From Rubripirellula sp. (lineage in GTDB: Bacteria > Planctomycetota > Planctomycetia > Pirellulales > Pirellulaceae), in assembly GCA_965216875.1 (NCBI GenBank), contig OZ244207.1, forward strand, positions 6,656,001 through 6,720,000: a DNA stretch of 64,000 bases. The letters run 5' to 3'. Positions 56,659 through 64,000 of this stretch are shown here, in pieces. Made by a program: the position numbers and the translations under genes. The first letter of the stretch is position 1, and each line of letters starts with the position of its first letter. The notes under the pieces are model-generated. The model was not told where the DNA came from, did not search any database, and saw only the letters and a list, made by a program, of their open reading frames with translations.

Positions 56659-58581
56659 TTATTCTTCGACGGCACAATCGGGCGAAAGGATCACCGCAAG
56701 GAGTGCCTCTTCCAATCGAACTTCCGCATGGAACGAGCTCGACGTTGATGAAGCGTGCTGGTTAAGTGCTGCGATGATGGCGGCCTTGGTTTGTTCACTG
56801 AGTGAACCGCAGCAGAAAAGCAGGTCCCACTTGGCGAGCAGGTCGGGCATGTTGGCCGGGTCTTGGGCGAGTACCGCTTCGTCGTCGAGATCGAGTGTGA
56901 TCCGGTTGGTCAGAACCGTCGTGCCGTTGTTGTAGAACGTGTTTTGTACGTACCGATTGCGAATCCAGCTTTGGAATCGATTGATGGTGCGATTGGCCGT
57001 CACAGCGTCAAGGATTTGGAATTCAGGTGCGAACAACGCTCCATGCGGGTTTCGCTTTGAGGGCACAAATCCGATGATCTCGCCAGGCGGTTGGAACTCG
57101 GGCAGGTAAAAGTTGAACACGCTTGGCGAGCGATACGGCGATTGACCAAAGTCGCCTTCTACATTCCTCAGCATCATGAAACCGCCGCTGTAGTCGCTTG
57201 ACGGGTTGAGTCCGCGAATCAACGAGGTGATGCGAAGGATAGGTTCGCGAAGGCGGCTGTATTCGCTGCCGCGTGTGACGACTTCGACGCGAAGCGGATT
57301 CGATTTTCGTTGCAGGCGTTGACTGCGGTAAAGTTCAGGGTCGAGCAAGATCGCTTTGACAACCGCCTTGAAGTCGCCCCGTTCTCCTTCGCCGTTGTCA
57401 TTGAACTTGCGAACCACACGACGCATGTAGGCTCGTGATGGATTCGACTTGACCATCCGCTGAATCAACAGTCGGCAGATGAACGGACCGACGTTGGGAT
57501 GGTTGGAAAGAACATCAAGGCCTTCATTGATCTCATCAATGACTTGTTGTTCAGTGGGGTTGGTTGGAATGGGCGAAAGCGTTGTGCCGAACAGGCGTTT
57601 GTGAGCCGGTGCGTTGGGATCTACTTGGCCTGGATTGAAGGGGTCTTCGGCGTAGTTCAAGTTGTTGTCGTGCTCGGGCGCCCAAATCCGCATCTGCTCG
57701 TTCAGGTTGAGCGGACCAAAAATGTTTGAGTTGGGATTGTTGTACTTGAAGCCTGTGAACAAACGAGCGAGCGTTTTGATCTCTTCGTTGGTATACGTCG
57801 GGATGATGTTGCCACTCGAGTTTGTCTTGAGCCGGCCGTCGTTTTCGAGCAGGTAGAGACCGATCGAAAACAGTTGCATGATTTCGCGAGCGTAGTTTTC
57901 GTCGGGGAAGCGCCCATTGGGAACACTCGCGCGGCGATTGCGCAGGTGGCTCAAGTAAGTTCCCATCACTGGCGAGAAGGTCATGTCGCCGAGCAGGTCG
58001 CGATAGTTTCCGAATGCGTTGTCCACCAAGACTTCGTCGTAGTAGACCGTCGGTCCAAGCCATGAACCGAATCCCGAAAAGTCGGCATCGTTGTTGTTGA
58101 AACCGTTGCCTTGATCACTCGTCACAAAAATCTGCGAGAGTGCCCATGCGAACTTTTGGCGCAGTTGGTCATCGCTGCGAAGGGCCACGTCCCACCAAGC
58201 TTGGTGACGAACGCGAGGAACGTTGAATCCTTCGGCGTCGTGTTCGATGTTGTCGGCATCAAAGATGTCGAAGATGGTTTGTCGATGCGAAGTGGCTGGG
58301 ATGTCAAATTGGTCGTCAATCCATTCGCTACATGCGCGGCGATAACCGATCTGACGAATCCGCGCCGCGAGCGCGTCGATGTCGGCTTCGGTCGGTCCGA
58401 AGGTTGCCTTGGAAAGGAACTGAGCAGCACGGACCTTGCTGCGAATCTCGCGCACCTCACGCGAGTTGGCTGCTTCGAACGCGCCGGCGTCGACCGTTGG
58501 GATCGTGGGCACTGCAAAGAATGCAGCAAAAATGGCGACAAGCAGGATCCGTGTCCGTCCGCGTAGGGCCATGTTCGACAC
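56659..58581 (-). CDS. DUF1800 domain protein
   Basis: AAQFLSKATFGPT, PDENYAREIMQLFS and PSVFNFY; paralog of 47562-49511. Confidence 0.92.
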   Translation of the reverse strand: MSNMALRGRTRILLVAIFAAFFAVPTIPTVDAGAFEAANSREVREIRSKVRAAQFLSKATFGPTEADIDALAARIRQIGYRRACSEWIDDQFDIPATSHRQTIFDIFDADNIEHDAEGFNVPRVRHQAWWDVALRSDDQLRQKFAWALSQIFVTSDQGNGFNNNDADFSGFGSWLGPTVYYDEVLVDNAFGNYRDLLGDMTFSPVMGTYLSHLRNRRASVPNGRFPDENYAREIMQLFSIGLYLLENDGRLKTNSSGNIIPTYTNEEIKTLARLFTGFKYNNPNSNIFGPLNLNEQMRIWAPEHDNNLNYAEDPFNPGQVDPNAPAHKRLFGTTLSPIPTNPTEQQVIDEINEGLDVLSNHPNVGPFICRLLIQRMVKSNPSRAYMRRVVRKFNDNGEGERGDFKAVVKAILLDPELYRSQRLQRKSNPLRVEVVTRGSEYSRLREPILRITSLIRGLNPSSDYSGGFMMLRNVEGDFGQSPYRSPSVFNFYLPEFQPPGEIIGFVPSKRNPHGALFAPEFQILDAVTANRTINRFQSWIRNRYVQNTFYNNGTTVLTNRITLDLDDEAVLAQDPANMPDLLAKWDLLFCCGSLSEQTKAAIIAALNQHASSTSSSFHAEVRLEEALLAVILSPDCAVEE

Positions 58582-58881
58582 CGTTGCAAGATGATGGTTG
58601 GAGGGGAAGAGCTCGAGGCGAATCGGGCAAACCGATCGCTCAAGTAAGTAACGACCGAAAAGCCAAAATGCACCCAGACCCGCGTTGATGGTGGGATTTG
58701 GTAGCGATTTAGATTAGCCACCGTCTATCTCAGAAGCAATTGCATTGGCGACCAAACCACCCTGCGGGGTGCGTCTGTGGCGTATGACTTGCCCTCACAG
58801 CTTTCCCGTCCCTCCTTGTCGTGCGACTATCGAGCAAGTCTGATGGCACTCAATCGGTGCGTCTGTTGGGGGAAACGAACG

Positions 58882-60210
58882 ATGAGCGAAGTGAGTCTGG
58901 TGGTTTTGGTTGAGGCGGGAAAGCCGCGACATCTCGCGTGCGCCAGCTTCCAGCTTGTCCTTCCCGACGCACTTCTTTGGGGGCCCGAGGCGCTCCCGAC
59001 GATTGAGGAGATCGCCGAAGAAGTAAACGTCTGGCCACCTTTGGACGAGATTGGCTGTGTTGTCGCGATCGACAAAGTCAATCGTCGCATCGTGCGAGCC
59101 GGATCCTCTTTCAGCTTCGACACTCCTTATGAATTGGAGTTGTTTCAGCGGATGGTCGCCTCGGCTTGGAAAGGCTATCGGATTGAACCAGCGTCCATGA
59201 CGCGCGAGTCGCTCGAGAATTTGGTCGGCGACAGTCTGCCCGAGACCGACAGCCTGTTGGCGCGGCGTTTGGCGGCCAAGGCATTTCCCGGCTTCGCAGA
59301 TGACGAAGACGAGGATGAATACGACGACGAACCGGAAGCCGCCAACGACTTTCGTCGGCTGATGGGGCCCGATGGCGAAGCGCCCGAAGACGGAGAGGAT
59401 GGTCCGCCGGTTGATCGTTGGGACGAAGAGGATGAAAGCAGTGTTTGGGTGAGTGTGCGGTATGCCGACGATGATGCGGCGCACTTTAAACATTACTCCG
59501 GCAGTTTCGTTTGGGAGACGCTTGCCAGTTCCGGTCCCGACTTGCTCGATCGTTTACAGGAGATCCCAACATCGGATGTTCCGGAAGAGAATGAAACGTT
59601 CAACGGGATCGTCCTTGATGCAGTCGACAAGTCGATTGGTTACTGGTCGTTTCCGCGCGGACCGATCGACGCGGGTGAGTTTGGCAATGGTTGGTCCGAC
59701 TGGACGGTTGAACCTTGGCTCGAAAATGGTTTCCGCCGACAGTTGGAAGTGACCGGAGCGACCGACTTCATTCCGGTAAGCGACACAGCAGCGCTCGCCA
59801 GTTTCGTTCCGATGATGGCTGAGCAGACCGATCTTGAGGGCGTGATCGAAGAGATTCGTTCGAGCGTCCGTTCCTGTTCTCGCCGATCCTTCGGGTGCCT
59901 CGCCCTCGTTTTGGCTGTGCCCGCGTCGCTCGCTTGGCTGGTCAGTGGATCGTGGGAGGGGCCGTTCGCGTTCGCCTTTGGGTTATGGCTTGTGGCTTAC
60001 GTCGGTTACCGGGTGATGCTCGGGAAAATCAAAAGGGGACTCGCACCGATCACCGAGCAGCGGTTGGAACAGGAGGATGGTCATCTTCAAATAGCACCAG
60101 AAGAAAAAGAGGATCGAGTTGCATGGATCGATTCGGTCTTAACGGATGCGAAGCTGCCGAGTTTTGAGCAGATCACTTTTTTTGCCGAAGTCGATGATGA
60201 AGACGAATAG
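58882..60210 (+). CDS. Hypothetical acidic membrane protein
   Basis: Long ORF with an Asp/Glu-rich linker and two C-terminal TM helices; ATG at 58882 after GGGGGA. Confidence 0.75.
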   Translation: MSEVSLVVLVEAGKPRHLACASFQLVLPDALLWGPEALPTIEEIAEEVNVWPPLDEIGCVVAIDKVNRRIVRAGSSFSFDTPYELELFQRMVASAWKGYRIEPASMTRESLENLVGDSLPETDSLLARRLAAKAFPGFADDEDEDEYDDEPEAANDFRRLMGPDGEAPEDGEDGPPVDRWDEEDESSVWVSVRYADDDAAHFKHYSGSFVWETLASSGPDLLDRLQEIPTSDVPEENETFNGIVLDAVDKSIGYWSFPRGPIDAGEFGNGWSDWTVEPWLENGFRRQLEVTGATDFIPVSDTAALASFVPMMAEQTDLEGVIEEIRSSVRSCSRRSFGCLALVLAVPASLAWLVSGSWEGPFAFAFGLWLVAYVGYRVMLGKIKRGLAPITEQRLEQEDGHLQIAPEEKEDRVAWIDSVLTDAKLPSFEQITFFAEVDDEDE

Positions 60211-60259
60211 GCTGGGACAGTTCGTTGTCTTGGCCTGTTTGGCTTGGGACGGAAGAGAG

Positions 60260-60352
60260 TGAAGATCCCGGCTGAAGCCGGTACGAAGATCCTGGCTGAA
60301 GCTGGTACTACGAACAACTGTGAAGATTCCGGCTGAAGCCGGTACTACGAAC
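60260..60352. repeat. Tandem REP-like units (GTAG type on the - strand)
   Basis: Three copies of GAAGAT(C/T)C(C/T)GGCTGAAGC(C/T)GGTAC(TAC)GAA; reverse complement GTAGTACCGGCTTCAGCCGG; related copy at ~45643-45671. Confidence 0.85.
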
Positions 60353-60367
60353 TAATCCTTAGAAGAC

Positions 60368-61117
60368 ATGAGCACTGTGGAGAAAGCCAAACCGAAAAAC
60401 TCGAAGAAACGCGAGTCGACTGACGAAGAACGCGAGTTGTTTGTCACGACCGATTTGCGCAGCGTCCCCGCATCCGAGCTCAAGCCAATGGTTGGCGGAT
60501 TGGGGAAATGGGTTTCGCAAGCTGTCGGCAACAAACTCTCCAAGGGCAAGTTCGAAGCGCTCTACGCGCGGGAGTCTCGACGTCTCGTTCACGTTGACCA
60601 GGAGCATGTATCGAAGCGCTTGCAGAAACACTTCAGCAAGCTGCAAAGTGAACTGGAGTACTTGGGGTTTGGTACATCATTCTTTGCGTCGCTTCCGGCG
60701 CTCGGTCCGATTGCTGCAGCGATGATGGCGATGAGCCAGCGCGACGGCCGCATCCACTTTTTGGCCGAACAGGTAGCGATTCGCGAAAACGGCAAAATCA
60801 GCGACGACGGCTTTTTCAGTTTCGTCAGCTACCTGCCCGGCGGTGGGAGTCTGATCACGACCAATGGAAAAAATCTGCCACGTGCACGAAGCGAGGTTCA
60901 GCGTGAAGTCGTGACCGAAGCGGTTGCCGACCAGGTCCTGCGTCATCACCGTAAGCGTGTGCGGAATCTCGAAATCGCCGCCATTGCGCCCCCGGAGCTG
61001 TTTGATCACGTTGCCAGTGAAGTGCGATTGGATTGCGACGATCTGGTGCGGCGGAAGGTCATTCGCCCCGCCACCCCCGCCGAGATCACTCGGATTCGGC
61101 AGAAATCGAAGGTATGA
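60368..61117 (+). CDS. Hypothetical protein
   Basis: 249-aa ORF ending 7 nt before moaA; no recognised motif. Confidence 0.7.
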   Translation: MSTVEKAKPKNSKKRESTDEERELFVTTDLRSVPASELKPMVGGLGKWVSQAVGNKLSKGKFEALYARESRRLVHVDQEHVSKRLQKHFSKLQSELEYLGFGTSFFASLPALGPIAAAMMAMSQRDGRIHFLAEQVAIRENGKISDDGFFSFVSYLPGGGSLITTNGKNLPRARSEVQREVVTEAVADQVLRHHRKRVRNLEIAAIAPPELFDHVASEVRLDCDDLVRRKVIRPATPAEITRIRQKSKV

Positions 61118-61124
61118 TCGGGGC

Positions 61125-62156
61125 ATGAATTCGCCCCCATCCGTATCGGACCAAGATTCGACCGCCCAGCCGCTGGTCGATCGCTTTGGTCGTGTGCACG
61201 ACAGTCTTCGGCTGAGCGTGACCGATCGCTGCAACATCCGTTGCTTCTATTGCATGCCCGATACCGACGCCGAGTTTATGCCCAAGGACTGGTTGCTCAG
61301 CTTTGAAGAGCTGACGCGATTGGCCGATTTGCTGGTGCGACGCTTTGGCGTGAAAGACATTCGCATCACCGGTGGCGAACCGCTTGTACGACGTCAGCTC
61401 GATCAATTGATCGGCATGCTCGCTGCCATCGACGGACTCGAAGACCTTTCACTGACGACCAACGCGATCCTGTTGGCCGACCAAGCCCAGGCACTTCGCG
61501 CCGCCGGCCTCAAACGGCTCAACATCAGTCTCGATACGCTTGACGAAGTGGTCTTTCAAAAGATCACGCGACGCAAGGGGCTCGAGAAGACGATCGCTGG
61601 CATCGACGCGGCGATCGAGTGCGGCTTCGAAAGCATCAAGTTGAACACGTTGGCGATCGCGGGAGTGACCGAAAAGGAGGTCGGCTCGTTAATCGAGTTC
61701 GCGGTCGATCGCGGCGTGATGTTAAGGTTCATTGAATTCATGCCGCTTGATGGCGACCGAGCGTGGCAGCGCGAGAGCGTGCTTTCGGGTGACGCGCTAT
61801 TGGGGATGATCCGCGAGCGGTTTGGCGAAGTCACCGAGGTATCGCGGCCGCATCCGTCGCAGCCAGCCGAGGATTTTGCCATCGCGGGTGGCGGCAAGTT
61901 TGGCATCATTCGATCGGTCACCGCTCCCTTCTGCTCGGCCTGCAATCGGTTGCGAATCACCGCAGATGGGTCGGTTCGGAATTGCTTGTTTGCTCATGAC
62001 GAAGTGCCGCTTCGCGATCTGATGCGTTCCGGGGCGGGCGACGACGAGGTGTTGGCCGAAATCCGCCGCTGCGTGATGGCCAAAAAGGCTGCCCACGGGA
62101 TCGATGGGGACGGCTTTTTGCCGCCCGAACGACCGATGTACGCGATTGGCGGCTGA
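61125..62156 (+). CDS. moaA: GTP 3',8-cyclase (molybdopterin biosynthesis)
   Basis: LVDRFGR, LRLSVTDRCNIRCFYCMP, RITGGEP, FIEFMP, FCSACNRLR and C-terminal MYAIGG. Confidence 0.96.
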   Translation: MNSPPSVSDQDSTAQPLVDRFGRVHDSLRLSVTDRCNIRCFYCMPDTDAEFMPKDWLLSFEELTRLADLLVRRFGVKDIRITGGEPLVRRQLDQLIGMLAAIDGLEDLSLTTNAILLADQAQALRAAGLKRLNISLDTLDEVVFQKITRRKGLEKTIAGIDAAIECGFESIKLNTLAIAGVTEKEVGSLIEFAVDRGVMLRFIEFMPLDGDRAWQRESVLSGDALLGMIRERFGEVTEVSRPHPSQPAEDFAIAGGGKFGIIRSVTAPFCSACNRLRITADGSVRNCLFAHDEVPLRDLMRSGAGDDEVLAEIRRCVMAKKAAHGIDGDGFLPPERPMYAIGG

Positions 62157-62205
62157 GAACCGAGAAAGCTGCCACCTGTTGTGATTTTGGTGCGACCGCT
62201 AAATT

Positions 62206-63027
62206 GTGGCCGCTATGAAAAATCTATTCCAATTAAACGACGACGTTGCTGTCGTCATCGGTGGTACGGGCGAACTGGGTGGTCTGATGGCCGAGGCTCT
62301 TGGTGCATTTGGTGCCAAGGTCGCTGTGGTCGGACGCAACGAAGAGCGTGGAAACGCTCGGGCCGGTCGCATCGTCGAAGCTGGTGGCGAAGCGAAATTT
62401 TTTGCAGCCGACGGACTGAGCGCCGACTCGTTGGACGAGGCTCGTCAGGCAATCAAATCTTGGGCGGGTGCTCCCGCTTCGGTGTTGGTCAACGCGGCTG
62501 GCGGAAACCGACCCGACGCGACGATTCCACCCGGCGGCGACTTCTGCAAGTTGCCTCGTGAAGCTTGGACTGACGTGTTCGATTTGAACCTTGTCGGTGG
62601 CTCTCTTTTGCCAAGCCAAGTCTTCGGACCTGACATGATCGAAGCGGGTGTTGGTAGTGTGATCAACATCGCATCGATGTCGGGCATCATCCCGCTGTCG
62701 CGAGTCGTCGCTTACTCGGCAGCCAAGGCGGCGGTCATTAACTTGACCATGTGGTTGTCGCGCGAATGGGCCACAACGGGCGTGCGTGTCAACGCAATCA
62801 GCCCGGGCTTCTTCCCTGCCGAGCAAAACCGAAAGTTGTTGTTTAACGACGACGGAAGCTATACCGAGCGTGGTGGTCAGATCATTGGACACACCCCGAT
62901 GGATCGATTCGGCCGACCTGAAGAGTTGGCTGGTGCTGTGGTCTGGCTGGCAAGCCGGCATGCCTCGTCCTTTGTGACGGGCCAAAACATTGCGGTCGAT
63001 GGCGGATTCGCCTCGGTCACTATCTGA
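62206..63027 (+). CDS. SDR oxidoreductase (D-mannonate oxidoreductase/gluconate 5-dehydrogenase-like)
   Basis: GGTGELG, LVNAAGGN, PLSRVVAYSAAKAA, VNAISPGFF and HTPMDRFG. Confidence 0.88.
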   Translation: MAAMKNLFQLNDDVAVVIGGTGELGGLMAEALGAFGAKVAVVGRNEERGNARAGRIVEAGGEAKFFAADGLSADSLDEARQAIKSWAGAPASVLVNAAGGNRPDATIPPGGDFCKLPREAWTDVFDLNLVGGSLLPSQVFGPDMIEAGVGSVINIASMSGIIPLSRVVAYSAAKAAVINLTMWLSREWATTGVRVNAISPGFFPAEQNRKLLFNDDGSYTERGGQIIGHTPMDRFGRPEELAGAVVWLASRHASSFVTGQNIAVDGGFASVTI

Positions 63028-63083
63028 TTCATCGAGACATTAGAAAACTCACCACGGTGTGAAAGAAAGATCTGGACAACAAA

Positions 63084-64000
63084 ATGATTGAACTACGTAG
63101 CGACGCAAAATATTCGTTGGTCATCCCAACCAGCATGGGAACACGCCTGACGCCAGTGAACCATCAACCCTTTCACTGCAGCGATACTTTCAAGATGCAG
63201 GCGACCAGCGCCGAATCGAACGTCGGTAGCGTTTCGTCGTTCCTTGGTTTGCCCGTCAAGATTCTGACGGCGTTTGTCAAAGACAGCCCCGTCGCTCGGT
63301 TCATCAAAGACGACCTGGCGCGCCGGCACATGGACTACGAAGGTCCTGAGTTCGAACAAGACACACCTTGGGGTGTTCGGCACCAGATCAACATGGCCGA
63401 CAGCGGTTGGGGAAGCCGTGGTCCTCGCGTTCAAAACGACCGCGCTGGCGAAGTCGGCCGAAAGCTGAATGTCAAAGACTTTGACCTCGAGCGAATCTTT
63501 GGCGATGAAGGTGCCAAAATCGTTCACATGTCGGGTTTGATCGCAGCACTCTCGGAAGAGACCAGCCAGTTCTGTCTGGAAATCGCTCGCGCTGCGAAAA
63601 AGCATGGCTCGCGAATCGCTTTCGACCTCAACCATCGCGCGTCGTTCTGGGCTGGTCGTGAAGAAGAGTTGTCGGCTGCTTTCAAGGAAATCGCAAGCTT
63701 GTCAGACATCCTGATCGGCAACGAAGAAGACTTTCAGTTGTGTCTCGACATCGAAGGTCCTGAAGCGGGCGGCAAAGACATCACTGCCAAGATCGAAGGC
63801 TTCAAAGAGATGATCAACCGAGTCAAGAAGGAATACTCAGGTGCATCGTTGTTCGCCACGACCCTTCGCGAAGTGGAAAGTGCCAATTCGCACATGTGGG
63901 GAGCTATCGTTTCGGCTGGCGACGATTGGCACGTTGTCAATCCACGTGAGATCGGCGTGCTCGACCGCATTGGCGGTGGTGACGGTTTCGTTGGCGGTTT
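63084..64000 (+). CDS. PfkB family sugar kinase (2-keto-3-deoxygluconate kinase-like); runs off window
   Basis: Read directly: MIELRSDAKYSLVIPTSMG...SAESNVG...FDLNHR...GNEEDFQ...VLDRIGGGDGFVGG. Confidence 0.88.
   Translation, partial: MIELRSDAKYSLVIPTSMGTRLTPVNHQPFHCSDTFKMQATSAESNVGSVSSFLGLPVKILTAFVKDSPVARFIKDDLARRHMDYEGPEFEQDTPWGVRHQINMADSGWGSRGPRVQNDRAGEVGRKLNVKDFDLERIFGDEGAKIVHMSGLIAALSEETSQFCLEIARAAKKHGSRIAFDLNHRASFWAGREEELSAAFKEIASLSDILIGNEEDFQLCLDIEGPEAGGKDITAKIEGFKEMINRVKKEYSGASLFATTLREVESANSHMWGAIVSAGDDWHVVNPREIGVLDRIGGGDGFVGG

Noticed and set aside
60260..60352. Tandem repeat as a mini-CRISPR
   Set aside because: There are no proper spacers and the unit is a REP-like hairpin.
63093..63970. 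Minus-strand ORFs at the window end
   Set aside because: They are antisense shadows of the plus-strand PfkB kinase.

Overview
Bacterial chromosomal segment, most likely from a marine planctomycete (Pirellulaceae-like). This is inferred from three DUF1592/DUF1552 pairs, two DUF1800/DUF1501 pairs, four sulfatases and a large protein with the 'LEPLExRRLLA' planctomycete export motif. Most of the window is accessory, secreted catabolic genes: sulfatases, a GH62-like glycosidase, a SASA esterase, an EEP nuclease/phosphatase, an FAD oxidoreductase and an Ntn hydrolase. It also holds a TetR-controlled ADH/ALDH pair, tRNA-Pro(CGG), birA, moaA and uronate/KDG catabolic genes. No CRISPR array, rRNA, prophage or integrase was seen. 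The most notable observations are: (1) a stand-alone Y1/HUH (RAYT-like) transposase flanked by six copies of a palindrome with a non-GTAG 5' end, amid several other REP-like families; (2) a 226-bp MITE-like element in the signal-peptide codons of a DUF1592 gene, whose removal restores a clean signal peptide; (3) a PadR gene overlapping a HAAS-like/zinc-ribbon/TM/transglutaminase-like gene, a candidate transmembrane signalling system; (4) a secreted haloalkane-dehalogenase homologue lacking both halide-binding residues; (5) a 139-bp direct duplication bracketing a hydrolase gene and an IS3 relic; (6) three sigma54-like promoters. All family calls come from motif recognition by eye, with no database searches.
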